This document shows, piece by piece, positions 51,556-64,000 of a DNA stretch of 64,000 nt. The position numbers and the translations under genes were made by a program. Below the pieces are notes generated by a model that made no database searches, was not told the origin of the DNA, and saw only the letters and a list, made by a program, of their open reading frames with translations. The stretch's first letter is position 1; each line of letters opens with the position of its first letter. Origin of the DNA: Camelus dromedarius (taxonomy: Eukaryota); NCBI RefSeq assembly GCF_036321535.1, contig NC_087437.1, positions 108,564,001 to 108,628,000 of the forward strand, in the 5' to 3' direction.

Positions 51556-54500
51556 TTAAAGATTAAGATTTGGGGCAAGAAGTGCAAACACCAATATTGT
51601 TAAGCACTTGGTAACCTTGAGCTTGATCTTCAGAGTATGACCCTCTCAGAGGTAATCTCGCTGTTATAACATGGTCTCTGCTCACAGCACAAAGAGGGTG
51701 GTATTTTCAGAAGCAAGTTGAGTAGAACGAGAGATGGCTAAGAAGACATGGTTCTTGGCCAGTTTAATTGATCAGTCGACCAAGAAATTAGAGTAAAATC
51801 AGGGCGAGATTGTGCATCTTTTACAAGAACGTCAGAGGTGTGTTTATGCTTTGTAACGATGTCATTCTCTTCCAAAATTTGGCATAATCTCTAACAAAAT
51901 AGCAAACTGCATGTTTACAGCCCAAAACAACTAGTTGAGAAATAAAAATAATCAGCTAGTAAGTCAGTTATTTTATCACGGCTATGTTTAACTAACTTGG
52001 TTGAATGGGCCATTGTTTTGCCAAGAACGGATAATCTATGCTCACTTTGAAGGTAGAAAGGACTAATGGCCAAGTAAATATTTCTGAAACAGACAATGTA
52101 TGAACTTACAGTATTCATCGCCCTGTGAAGAAATACATTAATGTAGAGAGGATTCAAGTATATATCTAGGTCAAATTAGGAAAAGAAAAGCACATGGAAA
52201 TCTGATTATAGAAGGAGCTTTGGGAGAATGAAAGGAAAATCTTCTAAGTCAATATGAAATTGAGTTCCCGTAATATTTTTAATCTCTAGCTGTGAGGGTC
52301 TCACTTTGTGTACCACCGTTGTGTAGAACATCACAGTGTAGTGTGTGATGATGTAATAAGTTGATTTAATAACTGTGTAAATAACCATTGATGTCTCCTA
52401 GGCCAAACCCGTCGGGCAGATTAGAAAACAAAGTCTCAGAGAAGCAACGTTCCGTGTTCATACAGCTCACGAGTATCAGGACCAAGAACAGTCCTTCTTA
52501 CAAAAAAAATGAAAGACTTTTTGGCCACTGAAGTACAGCCAGCCCTTCTGTTAGCTCCACCAGCTTTCAGCCAGCTCTTCCAAACTCACCATGTTTGGAG
52601 ACTTCAAAGTATTAAGACACATGATTCACAGTCATGACATAGGGAAATCCTGAGACATTCTTCACCTAATACTTCTAAGGGCTGTTGGCTTCCTAGTAGA
52701 TCTATGAATTCTTAAATGATATTGAAGAGAACCAGCTCACATTTTGGATGATGCTTGTAAACACATCAACTGTTCAAAAGGACCTCGTTGACCTTAGCGT
52801 GATTGAGAGAGGAAGGTTATTACAAGTATCGTGTGCGAATTAAAAACTCCACCAAGGATTACTCTAGAAGGGGTAGGCTAAAAGTATTTTTTCCTTTTCC
52901 TTTTCTTTTTGAAATCATGAGCCTAAAACCAGCCATCTGTTAAGAGCAGAGAGATGTTACAATGAAGATGTAAAGAGAAATTTTAAAAAACCAATATTTA
53001 ACACCTATCTTCTGTTCAGAACCACCATGAGCAAAAACTTTTGAAAAAAAAAACTTTCAGTTCAGACAGGATATAGGAAAATGATCAATAGAACAGAACA
53101 TAAAACTCTCTAAGTCTGACAATAGTTGGATTAGTCTGATACCTTGTGTGTGAAAAGAACTGATTCCCACTCCATTTTCTTTGAATCTCTAAGATTAAGT
53201 TGCTGCATTGAAGTCCTGAAACCAATTTCTAATCTATGTTTTCTCCATTCCTGTTTGTGAGTAAATAGGCTAGGTGGCCCCAAAGCAAAAAGTCTGTTCT
53301 TTCGGAGTCGAAATAAATAGAATTCGAAGTGCCCAAAAGTAGTGTCACCAGTCTGGTTACCTGGGTCATCCTGACAACCAGGGATGAACCCCCATCCCCA
53401 AGGCAGTTAAAAGGCCCAAATAAGTGGCTGCCTTTTTCAGTAAATTACCCCTCCCCAGGCTGTGAGTTGTCTCTGATGTCACAAAATCCTTAGATGTTTT
53501 TAACTTAGATGTGTGAGACTGGTTTCCATTCCTAACTCAGACACAGAAATGCCCTGTAATAACCATGAAAGTTGTGGCTGGAAAGTTATTATTCTTGCAA
53601 TATAGATACAGGTTTTCTTCTTCTAGCGTAAAAAAAGGAAGAGTTTCAGTTAGACACATGTGCTTCCATGATTCTGCGTGTATCCACTCCATCTAAAGAC
53701 AGAACCTCCCTGGTTGTGACGTGGAGTCCACGCACCTGGGGGCAGAGTCCAGGAGTAGCCATCAGGACAACAGGATTCCACTCAGCTCGGTCCTTCACCG
53801 GCCCTCAGGCCGCAGGCAAGTCACCACACCACATGTCTCCCCCTGATGGGGAAAAGGAGAGAAAAGAATGTGATAAGGCCAGTTCTGAGTTATTTGAAAG
53901 ACACTGACTGTGAGATGAACTTAAAAAATGGAAAACACTAGGAGTGTAAGGAGCTGCTGTTGTCACAGTGCGAAGTTTGCAGCCGGGACTGTCCCTCTGT
54001 CACCGTGTAGGGAGCCATGCAGAGGCCAGGAGGTTTGGAGCAGGCGTTACCAGATGTCCCTGGAAGTGACCCCCATCCTTCCTCCTCTGTGGTCAGCCTC
54101 TGAGTGAGCACCACCACAGCCTCCTTGCCACAGAATGACTTCAGGACTTAACAGTAATGATTCTTCAAGATTAAAAGGCAAAAGGTGACAGGAGACGGCT
54201 CAGATGTTTCCAAAATTCCTGGTGCCCTCAATCATAAAAGTGTGTGCTTTCCTACATAAGGCCAAAATTGATGGTCCAGCCTCTCCCAGGGTCTGCCCCA
54301 TCCCATGGGGCCCTAATGGGAATAGAAGGGTTAACATTCTCAGCACCACTGGAGAAAGGGTACACTGGGTGTTATCCTGGACCTTGGTGGGAAAACAGTG
54401 TCCAGAAACCATAAATTCCACATGAGCCTTTAAAGCAGGCAATTTGAATTCTCAGCAGTATTTCCTCTCTGGAGGTAACTACTCACAATTCTCAGAGTTA

Positions 54501-55577
54501 ACTGTGTAATGTGAAAAGGAATACTTGTCATGAAACAGCACTATTTTGGCAATAGAATTTATTTTCCTCAGTCTTATAAAAATCCTTTCCTCACCAACTA
54601 GTCTTTTTGCCTCATCAGAGATTCAGTCTGCATATGCACACGCGCACACACACACACACACTGTCCTGCTCTCTCTCTTTTGGGATCCTTCTGCATCTAA
54701 AAAAGGCAGTGGAATTACAGAAGTTGCTAAATATATTCTGATGTTTTCATGGAGCACAAAAGTAAAATAGCACTCTCTTTTAAGGTAAAAGATAGTATTT
54801 TTTTTTTTTTTTCAGAAAGAGAGTAGGCCTCTTGGATTTTGATCTGGAATTTTCTAAGATTATCCAGGATGTGTTTGGAGTGGAGCCCTGTTCACTTTCA
54901 TTTCTATGAATCCCACACCAGAGAAAGTTCTGAAACAGCTCACATCCCCTGTGCAGCTTCCGTTGGTGTTGGTGCCAGAGCAGCCCAAGGTCCCCCTCAC
55001 ACAGTGGGATGGGTAAAATTCATGCATCCAAAACTTCACAGGGCACCTGACCCTCGTATGCAAATGTTATTTCCCTGGGTGAAGAAATGAATGGAAATTC
55101 ATTTGGTGTCAGCAGCCTGTCGGTTCCTCCAGTAGCAAAGAATAAATGCATCTGAGGAAGTTCTGGTGAACCAATCAAAAGGGGGGCTTTGTTTCTGAAC
55201 TTGGCTGAGCTCATCTCATGCCTTGTAAATGTCAGTGTGTGTACGTGTGAGCATCTGACAGTTCTCAGCCGCACATACCAAAGGCCAGGAATTTGGCAGA
55301 GCTGGGCTGATTAGAATGCCTAAAAATATTCCGTTCTATCAAAGTCCATTCGGATGCCTTTTAGCGTGTGGGCAAAATACTAGAGCAGCAGGGTCTTTAG
55401 GAAGCATAAATTCTGAGACGCTTTCCAAAAATCCAAAATGACACAGCCTCATTGTGTAAGACGTAACCCTTCAACTTAAGTTCTTGTTTGTCTATTTTTA
55501 TCCCAACAGATTTTTTTGTAAACCATATAAGGCAATGCTTTCTCATATATAAGCATGTATGAAATGTAATCTAATTT

Positions 55578-55960
55578 AATTCAACAAGTAGTTATCGAGA
55601 ACCTATTATACACAAGGCACTTTGTTGGGCTCCATGGGGAATATAAGTTCAAACGGGTTACTGTCCTCACTCTGAATCTGCCCGCAATGCAGCAAGAGTT
55701 GAGACCTTTCCTGAGAACGAGCTGTTCTTGGGTCAGGCAAACCATGATCCATGCTTTGGAAGAGGCATAAACCAAGAGCTAGGGATGAAGAGACAAGGAA
55801 GAGATTGACTTTGCTGGTGAGGACTGGCAAAGGCTTCCTGAGGACGGTGGCATTTTGATCTGGGCCTTTAAGAGTAGGGAGAGTTACCCAGGCAGAACTG
55901 GAAAAGTGCTTTTGGCAGAAGGAACAGCATGAGCGTGTGAAGTTAGAATGTGCACGGCAT
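55578..55960 (-). mobile_element. L2 3' region
   Basis: aattcaacaagtagttatcgagaacctatta..aggcactttgttgggc..aaaggcttcctgagga..ggcagaaggaacagcatgagc. Confidence 0.7.
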
Positions 55961-57126
55961 TCGAAAAATTGGTGTGAGATCTTCAAGTGTCTTCCTTATT
56001 GCAGATGATCAGGTTTTCCAGAATGAGAAGTCCGATGGCACCAGAATCAGTCTCTGCAATCAGGAAAATGTCCCACAGTGGAGCAATCTCCAAACAAGAG
56101 GGAAAATATCATTTCAGAAAAGTGGCCGAAACCACGAGAGTGATGATTTATGCTGGAGTTAAGCAAGGCTTAATCCTAATTTGAGGACATGTTAAAGGAC
56201 TCTGGCTGTCACTTACATGTACACACAAACATGACGTATGTACATTTCACTCTAGGCATTTCACCTCACAGCCATTCTTTCTTTTTCAGCAACCCAAGCC
56301 CTTCTGGTCCTAGATTTTTAGTTTAGGTATCTTTCATCCATAAGAGATTTACCAAAGCTGCAACTCATGGCTTCAGCCATATTTCCACCATAGACTTCAG
56401 GGGAGTAAATCCAAGAGGTGTAGTATCTTGGGTGGTCAGAGATTTGAGAGATTTGCTCAGGAGTTACTTTTAGTCTTACCTGTAAAATGATAAAGAAAAA
56501 TTACTCAGCACTTATGAAGAGAGGAGTGCCAGGTTTTGATAGTACCAGATAGATGTCACCATGAGGGATTATTACATAGTCAATCAACAAGCAGTTCTCA
56601 GTACCCAATGTCTATACACATATGAAATGATGAAAATTGTGGCTGGAGGATGGCTGGTAAGATTGAAATAAGAAGAATGCCCTTTCTAGAGCAATGACTT
56701 TTCTTTATGAAGAAGTGGCATTGATGATATTTCTTTATGAAGAAAGAATTGGTCCATCTATTAAATGGCTTAGATGGTGAAAAGAGAAAGTGATAGAAAG
56801 AAAATAAAGGATATGTTCTAGCAAAAAGGGTACATTGAACCAAATATTAAAATAAGTGTGTAAGCCCAGTTCTCACATTTCTAAGGCCTGAATCATAGCA
56901 ACTGAAATCAAGTAATTTCTGATCATTGGCACAGTTTACCTGATTGTTTTCCATAACTCAAGAGGACACATGGCAAATTCAGGCATTTGATTCGCCACCA
57001 GTGCCTATTTATTATACGCCTAGTTATTCCGAGCCACGGATGGATTGTCCAATCACTCATTCCGTATGAGCTGTGCACCTGCCCATCGTGGGACCGCCTA
57101 CAATCACCAAGCTGAGCTCAGGGAAT

Positions 57127-57143
57127 AGCACCACCTGCTGGTT
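57127..57143 (-). promoter_or_regulatory. Candidate CTCF core motif
   Basis: Minus strand AACCAGCAGGTGGTGCT, one mismatch to CCASYAGRKGGCRS. Confidence 0.35.
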
Positions 57144-58219
57144 AATGTGGTTTAACTTCCAACCTGTTCATCATTGTGCTTTACAGTGCAAGCAAATCAT
57201 GCATATACCATGTGGTCGGTTTTTCTTTTGAAATTTAAGGCAGGAGATTATAGTGGATGATTTTCCTCTCAGCAATATGAGAGGGTTGGACAAATAAACT
57301 AAGTAAGATTCTAAGAAGATGGGAGGGTATGTGTAACTAAGACGAAAGATGAATGAACTAAGGCATTCAGACTGGTCAGTCATTTATTTCCTAACACTTC
57401 AGCAATCTAGTGAAGACTGAAGTTTGCATAGAAGTTCTAGAAAATAAAGAAAACAACAGGGACGAGGAAGGCAGGAGCTGTGATGAAGTAAGAGTTGTAT
57501 TGCATTATCAGTTCAGGAGGGCAAGAAAGTCAGTCCTTAGCTTCAGGGTCTAAAAATTAGGAGAATCTGATCAGAGCAAAGAAGAAAAGAAGAAGAGAGT
57601 CTGGAAAAGACTGAAAGGAAGTTGGCAACAAGGGAAACTCATTCATCGTAGAGAACCAGAAGGGTTGGCAGCAGTTGAGGGAAAGGAAATTCGTGTGGCA
57701 GTGAGAGGCTCAGGGACTGGCACAAGAGACGATTGAGATGCCGGAGAAAACTGAGTTAGGAAGGAGCAGTGAGAAGAAAAAAAGTCTAAGAATAGAAATT
57801 CCTAACAGTAAGGCAGCAAGAACAAAACCAATATGCCCTTGTTAATATGTGTGTTGCATTGTGTTAAATTCTTTGAAACATTTCCTCTGAAACCCAAACC
57901 TCAGGCATGAAAATTACAAGTCAGACCTCTCCACCACAAGTCACCTAAAAATAAGTTCCAGGTACTGGGGCTAGCTGGGAGGAGGCTGGAGCGGAGCAGC
58001 TAGTGGATCCAGACGTGCACTTTAGATCCAGCAACTCACGCCAAGTCGGAGAAGCACGCACTCCTGGTGGGGCCCCTCTCCTGGGTTGCCAAAGTTGGCT
58101 GCGCTCTCGCTCCAGGTAGTCAGCTGGGAAGTGCGGCGTCGCCAGTTTTCAAAGTGCAGCTGTCATCATCTATGAATAGGTGCCCTCTGATGTCCCTTTT
58201 AGCTCCAAAGCCCCAGAAT

Positions 58220-58447
58220 CAGGACCAGATTCTGGGTATGCAACCTGAGCATTTGCACGGAGCCCTGTACTCAGATGGGTCCTGCACTTGGTTTCATGCT
58301 CTGAGGCTGCCATCTTGAACTTTACAATAGGTTGGGTTCGGTTTCTTTTTTTGTTTGTCTGGTTTGGTTTGGTTCTTTTTTTTTTAGACAAGGGCTCAGC
58401 ATTTTCATCTTGCATAAGGCCTCACAGAGTATGGAGCTGGTCACGCC
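58220..58447. mobile_element. MER45A-like hAT-Tip100 MITE
   Basis: gcaacctg..gccctgtactcaga.gggtcctgcacttggttt.atgctctg..gccatcttgaa..caagggctcagcattttcat. Confidence 0.8.
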
Positions 58448-58662
58448 TGAGATCTGTGTCCTTCACTTAGGCTGGACAAGGACTGATGTGTCACCACTTC
58501 TGGGATCACCAGTGATAGCTTCTCTTCAAGACTTCTTTCCTTGGAGCACAAACTACCACACAAAATATAGGAGACCTCACGATGCAGTAATGGTCCAAGA
58601 TGTCTTACAGCTCTTATGTGTACTGAGAAGGAGAAGGGGTCACTCCTAGGGCGGGAAGGAAG

Positions 58663-59111
58663 ATAGTGACGGTTCATTTTATGTGTTGTCTTCACTGGGC
58701 TCCGTGGTGCACAGGTATTTGGGTAAGCGTTATTGCTGGGTGTGTCTATGAGGGTATTTCTGGGTGAGATTAGCAATTGAATCAAAAGACAGTAATGCGG
58801 ATGGCCCTCCCCAGTGTAGGTGGATGTTTCAGACCTCAACCAATCTGTTGGAGACCTGAATAGAATAAAAAGTCTAAGTTAAAAAGAATTCTTTCTCTCT
58901 GCCTGTCTCTGATCAGTCTTCTCCTGCCTTCAGACTAGAACTTGAACTTACACCATTGGTTCTCCTAGGTCTGGGCTTCTCAGCCTCTATGAACATGTGA
59001 TCCAATTCTTCATAATAAATTTATATATATATTTACATATATGCATGTATATACATATATATGCACACACATTTTATTGGTCTGTTCCTCTGGAGAACTC
59101 TGACTGATACA
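58663..59111 (+). mobile_element. ERVL MLT2-like LTR
   Basis: gttcattttatgtgt..ctgggtgtgtctatgagggtatttctgggtgagattagca..ctctggagaactctgactgataca. Confidence 0.88.
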
Positions 59112-59576
59112 ATGATGCAAAAGAAAACTGTTGTAGGCAGATGACTTTCTTTGAGTTCCCAGAAGCTTTTTTTTCTTTTTTTTGGATTCAAAGAATTAAT
59201 TTTTTTCTCCTTTTTCAGTTTTATTAGGTAGAATTATTACAGTCCAACTGCACATACACATTATATTGCATGTAAATACATATATATGGTATACTGCATA
59301 TTTTTTAGTTTACATATGTGTACTAATTATTGTTTCTAAGAACAGGTTAGATCTTTAGCTTTTTAAACTTACATAGTTATCAAAGGAATAAAGCCAACTA
59401 CAAAATAAGAATAAACAGAATGCAGTAATCCAACCATAAAGGACAGCCAAATGTGCTTACACATATTCAAGAAATCAAAATAATAATTAGAAGCTTTAAT
59501 TAGGCTTTATACCATATTTCTGGAGGCAATTATGAGAAATATCAACCCCATGATGTTCAAGGTTTTATAACTTTCC

Positions 59577-59806
59577 GGAGTCAGCAAACCTTTTCTATAA
59601 AGTACCAGAGTACATATTTTAGACTTTGCAACTCATAGGCTCTCTGCTGCAACAACTGAGGTTGCCATGGTAACACGTGATAAGACGTGAAAACAGGCAC
59701 AGATAACACATAAACCAGTAGGTGTCTGTACACTGATAACAATTCAACCATGAAAACAGCCAGTGAGCAGGACTTGGCCCAGGGGTCAAAGTTTGCCACC
59801 CCTCCT
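59577..59806. mobile_element. MER58A-like hAT MITE
   Basis: ggagtcagcaaaccttttctataaag..tctctgctgcaacaact..ttggcccagggg..agtttgccacccct. Confidence 0.8.
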
Positions 59807-61194
59807 CTAGATGGAAGAGTCATCTCATTGGATTAAAGATTATGGTAAAAATCAGATGATCTGAACTTTGTGCTTTTGGGTACCAATGTCAAAGGACGAG
59901 TCCTTTACTTCCTTGGTGACTCAATTTCCCCTTCTGCTCTACAAAGCTTTTCTTCAATTTATTATCTGATATTTGGGAGGAGCCTAGACAGTCTTGAAGG
60001 AAAACCATACAGCTTGGCTTGGAGAGGCTTGCCAACTTCTCTCCATTCTGACCCTTTCAGTTGCCACATGTATATGATTTATAAAACTAAGTAAAGCTAC
60101 GGGCCAGTGGGGGCTTGCAATAGGTTGAATAAGAGATGAGAAATCAAGAAGATAAAAAGGACCAAGAACTTGGAAGGAGAGATGGAGACCATAAAATGGG
60201 GCGGCAAATTGGAAAGATGAAAACTGGAATGAGAAGAGTTTGAAGCCAAACCACGGAGAATTCAACCCAGTGAGATCACTAGACTGAGGTAGGAAAAGAA
60301 ACATCATGATAGACTTCTAAATGTGTTTCCAGTCTCTGCTCATTAGGAATAAAATCTCTACCATTGTGTATTCCTTACACTCCCAGATAATTTGATACTC
60401 ACTCTGGGTAAAATTGAATATCTTAGTTTGTCCTAAGAAAAGATGTTGCCCTCAGCTTGCTGACAGCCTTCAGGAACTCACGCAAGAACTCAGGAATGCT
60501 GCTTCTCTCCTGGAGATGCTATCTCCAGTACATTATGTTTCACAAGCCTTTACTGTTATGGCCCTAGTTAGTCACATCAGTAGCTATTCCTGTCACACTT
60601 TTTAGTCTTTGAACAAGAAGACAAAGAACATGCCCATGAATATTTTGCAAAGGTCTACAATATTTTCTGCTTGAGATATGAAGGTTATCCAAACCACAGT
60701 CTATCTTAAAAATGAATAAGGCTAAGTTTTTCCTTTGTGTTCAGTCCACTATCAAAAGTAAGTCCTCTGTCAAATGTTCCACACTGCTAGGATTCAAAGG
60801 GTCCCCAAAATTCACTGAGTGAGGAAAGTAAGCTCTAGAGAAGGTATGTGCTTGTTCTAAGTTTCCAGAACTAACTGGAATTCACAGCATGGCAAAAATT
60901 CAGAAGAACTATTAAACCATGTGTACATGATTTCAGCTTGGGGGAAACAGGAAGTTCAGAGACAGGAAGCTCAGAGAGAAAAGCCACAGAGCAACGTGAC
61001 CCCTGTTGCCTTAGAGTAGGTCACTGACCTTCTGCAAGCAAAGCTGTGTCAGCCCCTTTCCATCTTCGGGACACCCCACTTTGTAGAATAGTGAAAAGGC
61101 CTGTCACTGACTAGTCATGTGATATTAGGCAAGTCACTTGAACATTCGGAGCCTCAGCTTCCTCATTGAAAAAGTGAAGCTAATCCAGTAAATT

Positions 61195-61775
61195 CAAGCC
61201 TCAGTGAGCAAGGAGTAGTGATGTTTGACAGACAGGGGCGTTACGAGGGGGAGATATGTTGACACAGAAAGAAATGAGGTGATGAGAATGGCCGTGTACT
61301 TCCAGGAGACAAACTGAGAGATCGTTAAGCAGCTGTGATGGGTGCTCCCAAACCAAGGGCTCCCAACTGCAGGCACCAGCCGTTCTCTCCCTGAGGTGAT
61401 CGCTGGCCATGGTAGTCCATTTAGACCACATGGAACAAGAGAAAAATGTGAGGGAGTTAATGCACCCCAAAGGCCGTCCTCAACCAGTGATCGAAGAATC
61501 CCAGCCCTTTGGCCCTGTGGGTGAGAGCAAGGGAGACAATTCTGGAAGCAGTGTCTAGAGTGTCACCCAGCACACTAACCTGCTGCCCCTCACAGCAGTA
61601 ACCTGCTTTCTATACTTGATATCACACACTTCAATCACTACCTCTTCTTTCCTGTCTCACCTCCCCACTCCCTGATGCTATTTCCTGAATCACCTCCCAA
61701 ATAAACCACTTACACTCAAATCATTGTCTTACAGTCTGTTACTGGAAGGCTCTGACCCAATGCAGTGCAAGACAC
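61195..61775 (+). mobile_element. ERVL LTR16-like solo LTR (preceded by a MIR at about 61100-61190)
   Basis: gagggagttaatgcacccca..cttcccttt-like tract..aatcacctcccaaataaaccacttacactcaaatc.. Confidence 0.78.
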
Positions 61776-61884
61776 AGTTATGTCAGGAGGACACACTGTA
61801 TTTGCAAGTTGTTGTGTATGTATGTTCACTGGGTGGAAAAGAGAGCTCAGTGTGAGTTAACTTTAAATGTAAAACTTTTTTAAT

Positions 61885-61973
61885 GATTTGCATTTCTCTG
61901 ATAATTAGCAATATTGAACATTTTTTCATGTGCTTATTGGCCATTTGTATGTCTTCACTGGAGAATTGCTTGT
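61885..61973 (-). mobile_element. Tailless internal L1 ORF2 fragment
   Basis: gatttgcatttctctgataattag..gagaattgcttgtt; 80/91 identical by hand alignment (61885-61975 vs 62831-62921). Confidence 0.85.
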
Positions 61974-61987
61974 TTCTGGCTTTCTTT

Positions 61988-62935
61988 TTTTTTTAACTTT
62001 TTTTATTGAGTTATAGTCATTTTACAATGTTGTGTCAAATTCCAGTATAGAGCACAATTTTTTAGTTATACATGAACATACATGTATTCATTGTCACATT
62101 CTTTTTCTCTGTGAGCTACCACAAGATCTTGTATATATTTCCCTGTGCTATACAGTATAATCTTGTTTATCTATTCTACATATGCCTGTCAGTATCTACA
62201 AATTTTGAACTCCCAGTCCGTCCCTTCCCACCACCCCCCATCCCTGGCAACCACAAGTTTGTATTCTATGTCTATTATGTCTCTGAGTCTGTTTCTGTTT
62301 TGTATTTATGTTTTTCTTTTTTAGATTCCACATATGAGCGATCTCATGTGGTATTTTTCTTTCTCTTTCTGGCTTACTTCACTTATAATGACATTCTCCA
62401 GGGACATCCATGTTGCTGCAAATAGCGTTATGTTGTCTTTTTTATGACTGAATAGTATTCCATTGTATAAATATACCACTTCTTCTTCATCCAGTCATCT
62501 GTTGATGGACATTTAGGCTGTTTCCATGTCTTGGCTATTGTAAATAGTGCTGCTATGAACATTGGGGTGCAGGTGTCTTTTTGAGGTAGGGTTCCTTCCT
62601 CCTTCTGAGTATATACCCAGGAGCAGGATTCCTGGGTCATATGGTAAGTCTATTCCTAGTCTTTTGAGGAATCTCCATACTGTTTTCCACAGTGACTGCA
62701 CCAAACTGCATTCCCACCAGCAGTGTAGGATGGTCCCCTTTTCTCCACAGCCTCTCCAGCATTTGTCATTTGTGGACTTCTGAATGATGGCCATTCTGAC
62801 TGGTGTAAGGTGATACCTCATGGTATTTTTGATTTGCATTTCTCTGATAATTAGTGATATTGAGCATTTTTTCATGTGCCTATTGATCATTTGTATTTCT
62901 TCCTTGGAGAACTTCTTGTTTAGGTCTTCTGCCCA
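61988..62935 (-). mobile_element. Young 5'-truncated L1 (camelid-like), ORF2 C-terminus with CCHC knuckle
   Basis: ORF 62513-62890 [30 protein letters not shown]; continues after a frameshift as [25 protein letters not shown]; 14-bp TSD ttctggctttcttt at 61974 and 62936. Confidence 0.95.
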
Positions 62936-62949
62936 TTCTGGCTTTCTTT

Positions 62950-63150
62950 AACTTACAGTAATTTTTTGATGTTCTGACTGCCTGGTCGTTGTTACAAAAC
63001 TCCCATATATCCTGGCTCCTCCTTTACTTCTTCAGAACAGTCCCTCAGAGTGATCTGAGAGGCTGCCTCCCAGGCTTGAAGTCCTCAGAAAATCTGCCAA
63101 GTAAAACATAATTCTCAACTTTTAGGTTGTACATTTTTTTTTTAGTTGAT
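62950..63150 (+). mobile_element. 3' half of an ungulate-type ERV LTR
   Basis: gaacagtccctcagagtgatctgagaggctgcctcccaggct..gtaaaacataattctcaacttttaggttgtacatttt resembles recalled artiodactyl ERV1 LTR R/U5. Confidence 0.6.
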
Positions 63151-64000
63151 GTATCCATGCACCAAGCTTCAATGGCAGTATGGGGAGCTTTGGAGATTGA
63201 TGGAAGGAAAAGTCCATCCAACTTCCCACTTCCTAGCTCAGAGGTACCTGGGCCTTGCTCTCCCATGTCCCATCTTTCATCCAAGAGGTACCCTTCTCAT
63301 GTTCAGCCTACCACCCATTCCTAGATGGTAGGAGCCAGGTGGGGGAGATGCAACACCCCTTCAGGTTTACCTGGAACACAACCAATGTACACTGGTCCAT
63401 CTCACAGGTACCAAAGCTGGTGGGCCAGGTACCTTCCCCACTAATTTCTTGATAGCTTTGAGCACCATTGCTGTAGAATCCAGTAGCATTTTATACACTG
63501 GCAAGGATCCTAACTGGTCCACTGGCAGATATAAGAGGCCCCCAGAGGTCAATTATCTTAAGCCCACTTGGGACCCCCCCAGGTTCCAAAAAGACCCAAT
63601 CTCTGGCCTAAAGCTTCTGGCATTGTACCCTGAGGGATGTGTAAGTATTTAGGAAAAAGTGAAAAGTTGCAAAAATTTTATTCTGTGCTGGGAGTTAGCT
63701 AACAAAATATTTGGACTTATATTTTAGCTCAGTGATATATCAAAGTTCCCCTGGTGTCTTCCCCACAATGAAGGTCAAGATCTACTAGAACTTTTGACAA
63801 AGCAGAACAAAGCCAAGGTTTGGTCCTGAACAGCACCATATATGGGCACTAGGACACCCATATTTGGACTCCATTGTCTTTTCTATTCCACGTGGAAATT
63901 TCCTAGCGTATTATTAAAGTCAGGTTGCGGGTTCCCTTGGAGATGACACAAAATAATTGTAGATATTTTTTAATCCCTTCCTAATTTAAATATTTCCCAT

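Noticed and set aside
59161..59497. Possible fourth TSD-flanked minus-strand insertion (agaagcttt repeats with a T-rich start)
   Set aside because: The repeat is only 9 bp in AT-rich DNA and the start resembles a decayed L1 tip; unresolved without an alignment

Overview
Non-coding mammalian genomic DNA (intergenic or deep intronic). It is Laurasiatherian and most likely camelid: the young L1 3' ends resemble camelid L1 as I recall it, and I saw no Alu, B1, Bov-A/BovB, PRE-1 or Can-SINE. I can support no host protein-coding exon, tRNA, rRNA or snoRNA. The ORF track is mostly noise; its only recognisable peptides are L1 ORF2 C-termini and two hAT/Charlie transposase remnants. A large fraction of the window is interspersed repeat (truncated L1 3' ends, MIR, L2, CR1/L3, MaLR/ERVL LTRs, hAT and Tigger DNA transposons) plus tetranucleotide microsatellites. 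Repeat family names come from recalled consensus sequences and boundaries are approximate unless a TSD is quoted. The most notable observations are: three TSD-flanked, polyadenylated insertions of apparently non-repeat sequence within about 12.5 kb; a dense ETS/NF-kB/GATA motif cluster at 7.6 kb; a two-part CTCF site at 46.3 kb; recursive-splice-like AG|GTAAG motifs; and a complex L1/LTR junction at 62 kb. I find no evidence for a novel multi-gene system.
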